Virus record (IMG/VR): IMGVR_UViG_3300023174_000079
Coordinates: 1-64,000 of that record
DNA: 64,000 bases
Reading direction: 5' to 3' (one strand)
Source: a virus
Shown in pieces: positions 1-7,665 of this stretch. A program made the translations under genes and the position numbers. Within the stretch, counting starts at the first letter, position 1. Each line of letters starts with the position of its first letter. The notes under the pieces were generated by a model. That model worked only from the letters and a program-made list of their open reading frames with translations, was not told where the DNA came from and searched no databases.

Positions 1-1
1 T

Positions 2-382
2 GATGGAGCTGCTTCAGCTTATCCAGAGCAGTATTCAAAGTGGTTGAATGTATTGAAAGAGAAAGCTGAAAGGTTAACAAAAGATGTTAAAGTTGATTTA
101 GACAAACCTCTAGATGAACAGTGTGATGATAAAACAACAGCTGAGAACTTAGAAGAGAGGTTTGATGAAGAGAAGAATATCTTAGACTATTTTAATAAAG
201 TTAAGGTTACAACTACTACAATAGGAGAGCAGGAGGACAAATGGAAGTGTCCATGTAATATTTGTAAGGAAGGTAAAGTCTCCTGGGAACAAGCTGCCTC
301 TGATTTAGCTCTAAAGATAATAAAGCTTGAAAAACAAATAGAAGAGCTTAAAATTGTAAATATATGCCAAAAGCCACTTTAG
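2..382 (+). CDS. hypothetical protein, 5' partial (frame is open from the window edge)
   Basis: Frame is open from position 2. Contains a CPCNIC motif and a C-terminal coiled coil. Confidence 0.6.
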   Translation, partial: DGAASAYPEQYSKWLNVLKEKAERLTKDVKVDLDKPLDEQCDDKTTAENLEERFDEEKNILDYFNKVKVTTTTIGEQEDKWKCPCNICKEGKVSWEQAASDLALKIIKLEKQIEELKIVNICQKPL

Positions 383-600
383 AATATAACTTAGATTTAC
401 CAGAAGATCTTGAAGAATTTGAACTAGCTAGTAATGCTAGAAAGTATTCTTTAGTGCTTTGGGAACTAGACCAGTACCTTAGAAACTTTGTCAAGTATCC
501 ATCTGATAAAGAGGATCCTATTCTCACTGATACTATGGCTAAGGTAAGAGATGAGCTTTGGAGGCTCTTGAATGAGCATAACTTGGATTTAAATTTATGA
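364..600 (+). CDS. conserved-type small phage hypothetical protein
   Basis: 78-aa ORF coupled to its neighbours, with typical phage early-gene composition. Confidence 0.7.
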   Translation: MPKATLEYNLDLPEDLEEFELASNARKYSLVLWELDQYLRNFVKYPSDKEDPILTDTMAKVRDELWRLLNEHNLDLNL

Positions 601-686
601 AAAAAAGAATTCCAAAATATGGCTTACTAGGTATGCCAATGGTTATAAAATGGATAAGAGATAGAAAAGAAAAAGAAAATAAATGA
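597..686 (+). CDS. 29-aa basic microprotein MKKRIPKYGLLGMPMVIKWIRDRKEKENK
   Basis: ATGA overlap with the upstream stop codon. Fills most of the 600-698 gap. Below the ORF-track size cutoff. Confidence 0.45.
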   Translation: MKKRIPKYGLLGMPMVIKWIRDRKEKENK

Positions 687-697
687 GATTTTAATCA

Positions 698-904
698 ATG
701 AAACCAGAATGGGAAATCAGATCTGATAGAGAAGGTAACTTTGATGAAGTTGTTGCCGAAGATGCTCAATTTGTCCATCTAGAAAGAATGGATCAGGATA
801 GATTTTGGCTTGGAATTACTCTTCAGGATGGCTCAAGAATTACAGCTAACCTATACATTAATAATGGCATTCTAAAGCTGAGTGCTGAGAGAGAAGAGCT
901 TTGA
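698..904 (+). CDS. hypothetical protein
   Basis: 68-aa ORF whose TGA stop lies inside the TTGACA of the next promoter. Confidence 0.65.
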   Translation: MKPEWEIRSDREGNFDEVVAEDAQFVHLERMDQDRFWLGITLQDGSRITANLYINNGILKLSAEREEL

Positions 905-929
905 CAAGCCCTCCTAAAGCATATAGAAT
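901..929 (+). promoter_or_regulatory. sigma70-type early promoter, repeat copy 1
   Basis: TTGACA-17 nt-TAGAAT, with ATG 6 nt downstream at 936. Confidence 0.85.
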
Positions 930-935
930 AAGATT

Positions 936-1199
936 ATGAATGAATTAATAGAAAAATGGAAACCAGCAATGGTGTTTAAATTCAAAGATGGATCTTTTGT
1001 ACCAGAAGACAAATACCAGGAATGTGCTGAAAAACTAGAAAAGTTTCAACAAAAATATGGAGACAGAACAATTATGCAAGATCTTATCTATATGACTGTT
1101 GATAGCTATGCTAGAGGGGATGGAAAGTTTAGTGGTGGTATTTTTGAAGTCTTTGAAGACCATCCAGAATTAAAGAACAAACTTGACATCTCCTCCTAA
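936..1199 (+). CDS. hypothetical early protein (probably leaderless)
   Basis: 87-aa ORF directly after promoter copy 1. Its stop lies within promoter copy 2. Confidence 0.7.
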   Translation: MNELIEKWKPAMVFKFKDGSFVPEDKYQECAEKLEKFQQKYGDRTIMQDLIYMTVDSYARGDGKFSGGIFEVFEDHPELKNKLDISS

Positions 1200-1211
1200 A
1201 GCATATAGAAT
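1183..1211 (+). promoter_or_regulatory. sigma70-type early promoter, repeat copy 2
   Basis: TTGACA-17 nt-TAGAAT with the same CCTCCTAAAGCATA spacer. Followed by a late-type TAAATA at 1216-1221. Confidence 0.85.
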
Positions 1212-1229
1212 AAGATAAATATATAATAC

Positions 1230-1592
1230 ATGAAAAAGACATTACTCTTCACTGCATTATTAGCCCTATGCTCCACAGCTTTTGCTATTATTCCAATATC
1301 AACTCCTACCCCCACACCAGCTCCAACAGCTACACCAACTCCTACTCCTACACCAGCTCCAACAGCTACACCTACCCCAACACCTGCTCCTACCCCAGTG
1401 TGTGATCCAGAGGATGATGGAGATGATGAGTGTATTGAACATAATCTCTCCTTTGAACAGTGTGAAGAGTGCTTTGATAAGGAATTAAAGGATATTAAAA
1501 ATAAAGCAGAAGACAAGAAGAAGAAAGATGATAAAAAGAAGAAAGACTATGACAAGAAAAAGAAAGAGCATGATGATAAGTGTAAGCACTAG
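1230..1592 (+). CDS. secreted protein with Pro/Thr/Ala repeat and Lys/Asp-rich tail
   Basis: Sec signal peptide (MKKTLLFTALLALCSTAFA), a (TP/AP)n linker, a Cys-containing acidic segment and a KD-rich C-terminus. Confidence 0.75.
   Translation: MKKTLLFTALLALCSTAFAIIPISTPTPTPAPTATPTPTPTPAPTATPTPTPAPTPVCDPEDDGDDECIEHNLSFEQCEECFDKELKDIKNKAEDKKKKDDKKKKDYDKKKKEHDDKCKH
1302..1397 (+). repeat. imperfect tandem coding repeat (TPTPTPAPTA)n
   Basis: ACACCAGCTCCAACAGCTACACC occurs twice, plus degenerate units. Confidence 0.8.
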
Positions 1593-1607
1593 TCTATAAA
1601 AAGGTGC

Positions 1608-1636
1608 TTAATTCCTCTTCTTAAGGTCTGTAGAAT
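1608..1636 (+). promoter_or_regulatory. degenerate copy of the early promoter repeat
   Basis: TTAATT-CCTCTTCTTAAGGTCTG (17 nt)-TAGAAT aligns without gaps to the TTGACA copies. Confidence 0.55.
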
Positions 1637-1644
1637 AGGCATCA

Positions 1645-2277
1645 GTGATGGATTTCAAGAATTATTATAAAATTACTCTTCAGAAGATTAGTGAAGAGAT
1701 CGAAAAAGATAATAAAATTTCTCTAAACAAAAAACCTTTATTCGAGTCACCAATGCATCATGAAGCAGAGTTTTTTAATCATTTAAATGATATTAAAACA
1801 AATCATCCATTTGCATTAGAAATGATAGAGGATGGTAAATTCATTGAAAATGTAACTATTAATGATGCAACATATAAGCTATATAGAACTTTTGAAGAAG
1901 TTTATACTTGGGATATTTTTATTAGTGGAGAAAGTGGTCATGAATTAATATCAGCATTTATAAGATACACACCAAAACGAGGAATGATAGTGATAAATGG
2001 ACTTTGGCAGATCAATATTATAGTTGGTTTGGTAAGAGGGCTAATTAATGACTATTATTCAAAGCATTTTTCAGTTCTTGAATCTGATGCTGTTGCAAAT
2101 AACAAAGGTAAGAAATTCTATCAAAATTTAGCAAAGGAATATATCCAGCATGGGAAGGGTGTTACTGTGATTATTAATAATAAAGAAATTCCTTATAAAT
2201 TAGAAGATGCTGAATCATATTGGAAGAGTTCTAATGATGTACAAAGTTCTGATAAAAAGATAAGATTTTATTTTTAA
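1645..2277 (+). CDS. hypothetical protein, possibly GNAT-like fold
   Basis: 210-aa ORF. The C-terminal ESDAVANNKGKKFYQNL weakly resembles a GNAT motif. LFES could be a prohead-protease site. Confidence 0.6.
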   Translation: MMDFKNYYKITLQKISEEIEKDNKISLNKKPLFESPMHHEAEFFNHLNDIKTNHPFALEMIEDGKFIENVTINDATYKLYRTFEEVYTWDIFISGESGHELISAFIRYTPKRGMIVINGLWQINIIVGLVRGLINDYYSKHFSVLESDAVANNKGKKFYQNLAKEYIQHGKGVTVIINNKEIPYKLEDAESYWKSSNDVQSSDKKIRFYF

Positions 2278-2280
2278 TTC

Positions 2281-2309
2281 TTGACACCTCCTCCTAAAGC
2301 ATATAGAAT
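2281..2309 (+). promoter_or_regulatory. sigma70-type early promoter, repeat copy 3
   Basis: TTGACA-17 nt-TAGAAT, with an in-frame ATG 6 nt downstream at 2316. Confidence 0.85.
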
Positions 2310-2315
2310 ATGTTT

Positions 2316-2837
2316 ATGAAGCCTACTGTTGTTTGGATTACTGGTTTATCAGGTGCAGGGAAAACAACTGTAGCTAATGCTTTGTATGAAAAATGTATCT
2401 TTCAATACAGAACAGGTCTAGTTGATGGTGATGCAATAAGGGCAAAACATGATAAGCCTGTTGGCTTTGATATGGAGAGTAGGGGAAGAATGGTTAATGA
2501 GGCCATTTATATGACAAAGAATATGATCTGTTTTCAAAAAGCTAAACTTGTCATTGTTGCTATGATTTCCCCTCTTAGATCTATGAGAGATAGTGCTAGG
2601 GACATCCTTACAAAGTATTGTGAAGCAAACTTTATTGAGGTCTATATGGATACACCTCTTGAGATTTGTGAAGAAAGAGATCCTAAGGGACTTTATAAAA
2701 AAGCTCGCGCAGGCGAAATTAAAGACTTTACTGGAATTGATTCGATCTATGAACCAGCAACACACGCAGAAGTTATAGTTCCTTTTAATTATACAGTTGA
2801 TCAAGCTATTGAGATGATATATAATACAATTTTATGA
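2316..2837 (+). CDS. cysC: adenylylsulfate (APS) kinase
   Basis: WITGLSGAGKTT P-loop, DGDAIR, and ERDPKGLYKKARAGEIKDFTGIDSIYEP. Start placed at 2316 from promoter spacing (ORF track gives 2310). Confidence 0.93.
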   Translation: MKPTVVWITGLSGAGKTTVANALYEKCIFQYRTGLVDGDAIRAKHDKPVGFDMESRGRMVNEAIYMTKNMICFQKAKLVIVAMISPLRSMRDSARDILTKYCEANFIEVYMDTPLEICEERDPKGLYKKARAGEIKDFTGIDSIYEPATHAEVIVPFNYTVDQAIEMIYNTIL

Positions 2838-3331
2838 CTAAGAAAACACTACAACCTACTAATGACCTTTATATTCAGTTCACGGAGGATGAGCTCAATC
2901 AAATTGGAGCAGGACCTGGGACTAAGCTTTCTGTAAAGCATAATGATGATGGCTCTATTGAGCTTCGTCCTTATGTTAAGATGGAGATTGAGATTTCAGA
3001 TTGGTCGAGAGAAGTTCTCGAGATGCTTATTACAAAGTCCTGTGAGGATGATGTTTCTGTTAATGATGTTATTAATGATTTGCTGAAGCAATCACTCGAG
3101 CAGTATCCTACTGAGGATAATCTTGAACAGGCTAAAAAGGAGCTTCTCTTAGAAAAAGACTATCTATATAGTGCTAGTGTTAATGCAAATTCTATTAATA
3201 GCGATACTAGTATTACGGGTAATCAACAGTATAGTGCTACAGGTAGCGATATACTTTATAGGGTGCCTGAAAAATCAACTTTTAAGGGCCTTGAAAAACC
3301 ATATTGGTTTGATATTGGGTGTGATGTATAA
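2834..3331 (+). CDS. AbrB/MazE-like swapped-hairpin protein, possible second RHH-like segment
   Basis: LYIQFTEDELNQIGAGPGTKLSVKHNDDGSIELRP resembles an AbrB-type domain. Confidence 0.5.
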   Translation: MTKKTLQPTNDLYIQFTEDELNQIGAGPGTKLSVKHNDDGSIELRPYVKMEIEISDWSREVLEMLITKSCEDDVSVNDVINDLLKQSLEQYPTEDNLEQAKKELLLEKDYLYSASVNANSINSDTSITGNQQYSATGSDILYRVPEKSTFKGLEKPYWFDIGCDV

Positions 3332-3368
3332 GGACTAGATTATTGAGTCTCGCTTACTAATTAATAGT

Positions 3369-3950
3369 ATGAAGAAGTTACTATTACTTTCACTATTGCT
3401 TATTGCAGGGTGTACCGTTTATACTGAAAAACAATCTGAAGCTCTTAGTCAAAATGTCTATGCCGCGAATGATTCATTGAATAAAGCAAGAGTCGATTTA
3501 GCTTATTATTATTCTAACGAAACTACAAGGCTTGTTAAGCCTCCGAAGAAGAGAATTGACATTCAGTCTATCTATCAAGCAGGTGAGGTTGTTAAGGACG
3601 CTAAGGCCGGCGAAAAGACGAGGGTTGTTATTGTTCCTAGTCAATATAAAGGCGATAAGGTTGTTGTTGTCGATTCAGTCGAGTATCAAGATCTATTAAA
3701 GGTCAAGGCTATCGCCGAACAATTAAAGAAAGATAATGCAAATCTTGCAAGTGCTAAGGAAAACACAGATAAGGAATTGGCAAAGCAGGCGGAATACAAT
3801 AACAAGATGATTAAAGATCTCAATCATCTTCAAGCTGAGGTTTATAAGAAAGACCTTGCCATTTTGTGGAGAAACATTATTATTATTAGTTTATTCGGGC
3901 TTATTGGTGGGTATATCTACCTGCGAATGAACAAGTTATTCATGTTTTAG
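3369..3950 (+). CDS. candidate unimolecular spanin (lipoprotein, coiled coil, C-terminal TM helix)
   Basis: Lipobox LIAG-C15, a heptad-rich region and C-terminal NIIIISLFGLIGGYIYL. Lies upstream of the holin and endolysin. Confidence 0.65.
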   Translation: MKKLLLLSLLLIAGCTVYTEKQSEALSQNVYAANDSLNKARVDLAYYYSNETTRLVKPPKKRIDIQSIYQAGEVVKDAKAGEKTRVVIVPSQYKGDKVVVVDSVEYQDLLKVKAIAEQLKKDNANLASAKENTDKELAKQAEYNNKMIKDLNHLQAEVYKKDLAILWRNIIIISLFGLIGGYIYLRMNKLFMF

Positions 3951-3983
3951 TGGAAAAACTATAACCCGTGCATAAATATATGC

Positions 3984-4112
3984 ATGGATAAATTTTTAAA
4001 AATAATTTCATCTGTGGTTGATTCGGTAACTAACTGGATCAGTCTCCACCCTAAAACTGCTCTCGCTATTACGATTTTTATCGTTGGCTTTATCATCGGC
4101 TCTCTCTTTTAG
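3984..4112 (+). CDS. 42-aa membrane microprotein MDKFLKIISSVVDSVTNWISLHPKTALAITIFIVGFIIGSLF
   Basis: Late promoter TAAATA (3973-3978) is 5 nt before the ATG. One C-terminal TM helix. Confidence 0.7.
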   Translation: MDKFLKIISSVVDSVTNWISLHPKTALAITIFIVGFIIGSLF

Positions 4113-4130
4113 TAGAGCCTTTTAGCAATT

Positions 4131-4238
4131 ATGTACGACGAACGCACACGCTCATACTATCCCTATGTTCTGTTATACGGGTATAGCTTATTTTTAGGTT
4201 ATCAACTAGCCCACGCATTACTTTATCATTTAGGATAA
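4131..4238 (+). CDS. 35-aa hydrophobic microprotein MYDERTRSYYPYVLLYGYSLFLGYQLAHALLYHLG
   Basis: Fills the gap before the holin and is hydrophobic. Its stop overlaps the holin's TAAATA promoter. Confidence 0.45.
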   Translation: MYDERTRSYYPYVLLYGYSLFLGYQLAHALLYHLG

Positions 4239-4247
4239 ATATTATTG

Positions 4248-4691
4248 ATGTGGCAGAATATTGCTAATATAGGACAGACCGTTAGTGCTTTTTTGACGAA
4301 CGGAAAAGCACCACCTAATACTCCGTCTGAACTGCAAAAGCAGATGGAAGACACAAATCATCTGTCTTCTAAAAAGTTTTTTATCATTTTTAGCTCTTTG
4401 TTCATGCTTGCGTTTGTATTCTATACAAGCGTTGGATTACTTTGGGTTATCCCTAAGGCACCAGAAATTGTTTCAGCTTTTGTTACAATTTTTACAAAGA
4501 TGATAGAGATCTTTGGTGTTATTATTTCTGTTTACCTCGGTGCACAAGGTTTAGTTGATTTGAGATACAATAGTACATCCAATGCAAGTACAGAAGGTAT
4601 ATTAGAACAAAAAGAAGTTAATATTAATGAAACCATATTAACTAATAATGCAAAAGAAGATGACTATAATATTACAGGAGTTAATGTATGA
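4248..4691 (+). CDS. putative holin (2 TM helices)
   Basis: SSKKFFIIF...GLLW and IFGVIISVYLGAQGLVD TM segments. ATGA overlap with the endolysin. TAAATA is 6 nt before ATG 4248. Confidence 0.7.
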   Translation: MWQNIANIGQTVSAFLTNGKAPPNTPSELQKQMEDTNHLSSKKFFIIFSSLFMLAFVFYTSVGLLWVIPKAPEIVSAFVTIFTKMIEIFGVIISVYLGAQGLVDLRYNSTSNASTEGILEQKEVNINETILTNNAKEDDYNITGVNV

Positions 4692-5299
4692 AATTACCTT
4701 CACCTAAGGCTCTAGCACTAATATTGGAATATGAGGTCGGTGGTGGTAAGAGTTACTACGATAAATATCTCTCTAAGCCTACTTGGCCCGGTGGGGCCAG
4801 TGGTATGACCCTTGGAATAGGTGTGGATTGTGGATATTATACACCCGCTGAGCTTGAAAAGTTGTTTAACTTTCTTCCAAGTAATCAATTAGAGGTAGTA
4901 AAGGGAGCTTCTGGAAAAACAGGTCAAGCTGGTAAAGATTACACTACTAAACACAAAAATGATGGCATTGTCGTTACCTGGGATCAAGCTATTAACATAT
5001 TCAATCAATTAACTTGGCCAAAATTCGCAAAACTTGCAGAAAAGGCGTTTCCTGGACTTGATCAATTATGTGATAACGCGTATGGTGCTATTGTGTCTCT
5101 AGTATTCAATAGAGGTTCATCTATGACAGGGGATAGTCGACAGGAAATGAGAAATATACGTGATTTAGTTCCGAAAAAGGATTATAAAGGTATAGCAACA
5201 GAACTTAGAAAGATGAAACGTCTTTGGGCCGGTAAAGGGCTTGATGGATTACTTGAAAGACGTGAAGCAGAAGCTAATTTAGTTGAAACTTGCGCTTAA
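4688..5299 (+). CDS. endolysin, T4-lysozyme/pesticin-like muramidase
   Basis: ILEYEVGG...PGGASGMTLGIGVDCG, SLVFNRG and GLLERREAEA motifs. Confidence 0.85.
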   Translation: MKLPSPKALALILEYEVGGGKSYYDKYLSKPTWPGGASGMTLGIGVDCGYYTPAELEKLFNFLPSNQLEVVKGASGKTGQAGKDYTTKHKNDGIVVTWDQAINIFNQLTWPKFAKLAEKAFPGLDQLCDNAYGAIVSLVFNRGSSMTGDSRQEMRNIRDLVPKKDYKGIATELRKMKRLWAGKGLDGLLERREAEANLVETCA

Positions 5300-5500
5300 A
5301 TGAGCAATTTAATTAGTGAATTTTTTGATTTTAATGGACCATGTCCAGATAATGTCCCTAATTGTCAGGAACTTCGTGAACAATATCAAAAAGATATACA
5401 GACAGTACGCGATTATGGCTGTCGGCCGTGTGCTGAAACTAGGATTAAAGTGAAATATATGGAAATAGTCTGGAACGCTTTTATGGCAACGCTAGGCTAG
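5300..5500 (+). CDS. small Cys-rich hypothetical protein
   Basis: 66 aa with GPCP...C and GCRPC. Starts immediately after the endolysin stop. Confidence 0.7.
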   Translation: MSNLISEFFDFNGPCPDNVPNCQELREQYQKDIQTVRDYGCRPCAETRIKVKYMEIVWNAFMATLG

Positions 5501-5973
5501 GGTATATGTTTAAACGCTCTATAGTATTTATAAAATTTTGACGCGTAAGTACGCTCAAATTGACGTGCATCAATCTCACATTCGTTCCTATAATAAGCGT
5601 TAGTGTTCCGTTCAACGTCATCATCGGTATAATTAATCTTCGAGGTCCCCACTTTGTATACTCTTGATTGCATCCAATGTCGAAACTCGTGAAGAAAATG
5701 ATTAAAGAAAGCTCTCTTTCGCTGTATTTTTGATGGTCGATTGCTGCGTGTAGGGTTACCACATAGACGTATTTTATCTGTCTTAAAAGTGTAATCACTG
5801 AAATCTGCATTATGCATAATCTGCAATGTTAAGACTTTACGTCTTGTGCTTATAGTAGGTTCAAGCTCGGCGAACAACAAAGAAATAGCGGCCTCCATAG
5901 CGTTTAAGTTAACATCGTTTTCTTTAAACCATGGAACAGAGTTCTTTGTAGGCTTTAGCTTGAATACAATCAT
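5497..5973 (-). CDS. putative zinc metallopeptidase (HExxH)
   Basis: FLHEFRHWMQ plus a downstream ECEIDARQF third-ligand motif. Confidence 0.7.
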   Translation of the reverse strand: MIVFKLKPTKNSVPWFKENDVNLNAMEAAISLLFAELEPTISTRRKVLTLQIMHNADFSDYTFKTDKIRLCGNPTRSNRPSKIQRKRAFFNHFLHEFRHWMQSRVYKVGTSKINYTDDDVERNTNAYYRNECEIDARQFERTYASKFYKYYRAFKHIP

Positions 5974-6013
5974 AATGGATTATTAGCTGTATATGGTATA
6001 ATATATTATATTA

Positions 6014-6208
6014 ATGGAAAACACAACTGAAAACAATGACGTAATCGAAGTAGTCACAGAACTTACAGTATCTGATATAAAAACACTGGATTTTATCCTC
6101 GATGCGTGTCTAAACGCAAAAATGTTTGCCGATCAGAGCATACCTGTCGTGGAGCAATTAAGCACAAAACTTAAACAGCTTGTTGGTAATTTAGAACGCT
6201 CCTCGTAG
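6014..6208 (+). CDS. hypothetical protein
   Basis: 64-aa ORF divergent from the peptidase gene. Confidence 0.6.
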   Translation: MENTTENNDVIEVVTELTVSDIKTLDFILDACLNAKMFADQSIPVVEQLSTKLKQLVGNLERSS

Positions 6209-6245
6209 GAGATGTTGGTTGATATTATTCTTAAATATATGTATA

Positions 6246-6452
6246 ATGTCGACATTAACGTCTATAGCTTCAGTTTGTGAAGAGTTTACAGATACTATTC
6301 TTGTAGATAAAAAAAAGAATAGTATTATTGTTAATGTTAAAAAGCAATGGTTCGCTACACTTAATAGACGTCTTCTATCAATGCACTGCACCCTTGTGCA
6401 TAAGACACCTATCAGTACCGGGTATACCTGTACATATGTTTATTCAGAGTAA
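6246..6452 (+). CDS. hypothetical late protein
   Basis: TAAATA at 6232-6237 precedes ATG 6246 (ORF track start is 6219). Confidence 0.55.
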   Translation: MSTLTSIASVCEEFTDTILVDKKKNSIIVNVKKQWFATLNRRLLSMHCTLVHKTPISTGYTCTYVYSE

Positions 6453-6492
6453 ACGTTGATATTACGTAAGGTATCTGTTATAATAATCGGAT

Positions 6493-7179
6493 ATGCTAGT
6501 TTTTGATCCTATAGCTCACTCCTATAAAAATGAATTTACAGGAGAAATATATACTTCCGCTTCAGCAGTTCTTGCTAAATTTAAGAAACCGTTTGAAGCT
6601 GATATTATCGCTGAACGTGTAGCAAAAAAAAGGAAGTGCACTGTTGCTGAGGTAAAGGCAGAGTGGAAGCAGGCAAACGACTTTAGTAAAACATACGGCA
6701 CTGAAGTTCACGCTGTTATTGAACAGTACAATAAGATGGGTACATACGATATAAAATACGTTGATATTATTCAGGCTTATATAGATCTTGATCTTATTGA
6801 TGCAAAGCGTGATAATATTTTATCTGAGCAACAGGTATATAATCATGAATACAAAATTGCAGGGACTGCAGATATTATTCGCTTAGAGGATAAAGGTGGG
6901 TTTAGTGTTTTTGATTTTAAAACAAATAAAAAGTTTAATCTCTACAGTCAATATAATGACTACTTACTCTCACCTGTTGATCATCTTCCTGCATGTGAAT
7001 ATTCAAATTACGCTCTTCAGCTCTCTCTCTACGCTTTTATGTATCAGGGTATTACCGGGCGCCGGGTCAATCAATTAGGTATTATATATTTTGATCGCGA
7101 AGCTTGTAAATTTACTCATTACCCGATAAATTATATGAAGCATGAAATTCTTTCTATGCTCAATTATATTAAAAACTAA
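6493..7179 (+). CDS. PD-(D/E)XK exonuclease
   Basis: GTEVH, IAGTADII, VFDFKT and YALQLSLYA motifs. Upstream TTGATA-17-TATAAT promoter. Confidence 0.85.
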   Translation: MLVFDPIAHSYKNEFTGEIYTSASAVLAKFKKPFEADIIAERVAKKRKCTVAEVKAEWKQANDFSKTYGTEVHAVIEQYNKMGTYDIKYVDIIQAYIDLDLIDAKRDNILSEQQVYNHEYKIAGTADIIRLEDKGGFSVFDFKTNKKFNLYSQYNDYLLSPVDHLPACEYSNYALQLSLYAFMYQGITGRRVNQLGIIYFDREACKFTHYPINYMKHEILSMLNYIKN

Positions 7180-7650
7180 ATGAAATTTATTGATCAAATT
7201 CTGCAAAACAGTCAGATTAAAGAAGCTAAGCTTTATGGTCCGTCAAAAAAAGCAGCCGAAAGACCGGAGACTGGTGTTACTATTCAAACACCGGCCGCGT
7301 TTCATGTTATTAAGGATTGTGCAACACTAGCTAACAAATATTTACCTCATTTTGTCTTTGGTCATTACGCTAATCCTTTTGAAGTATTAAAGGGTAAGTT
7401 TACACAAGAAGATATAGCAGAGTTTGTCAATGAAGCAAATTCTGATATTGTATTAAATCAACTTCTTGCCCTTATTGTCGGTAAAATAAACTTAACCTTA
7501 CCGCAGTTAGTCCAAACACCTTCTACATCCGTGAGTAATGTTACAAGTTCATCGGATCCCTACGGTGATTATGAATCCTATAGTGATATAGTGCCTGTAG
7601 CTACTCAGGATACAACCACTTTATTATGTAACGCCTTCGGTGTTCGATAA
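7180..7650 (+). CDS. hypothetical protein, possibly virion-internal
   Basis: 156-aa ORF with an N-terminal MKFIDQ...IKEA pattern. Confidence 0.6.
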   Translation: MKFIDQILQNSQIKEAKLYGPSKKAAERPETGVTIQTPAAFHVIKDCATLANKYLPHFVFGHYANPFEVLKGKFTQEDIAEFVNEANSDIVLNQLLALIVGKINLTLPQLVQTPSTSVSNVTSSSDPYGDYESYSDIVPVATQDTTTLLCNAFGVR

Positions 7651-7665
7651 TAAATAATTAAAATA

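Noticed and set aside
1196-1516. Antisense ORF with GVGVGAG repeats, and the alternate-frame Q/L-rich ORF 1282-1488
   Set aside because: Both are shadows of the Pro/Thr repeat of the plus-strand gene, which has the promoter and signal peptide.
901-2309. Repeats as a CRISPR array, or CCTCCT as an anti-SD/SD signal
   Set aside because: The copies are separated by whole genes of 0.3-0.7 kb and have exact -35/-10 geometry. CCTCCT lies in the promoter spacer, upstream of the predicted transcription start.
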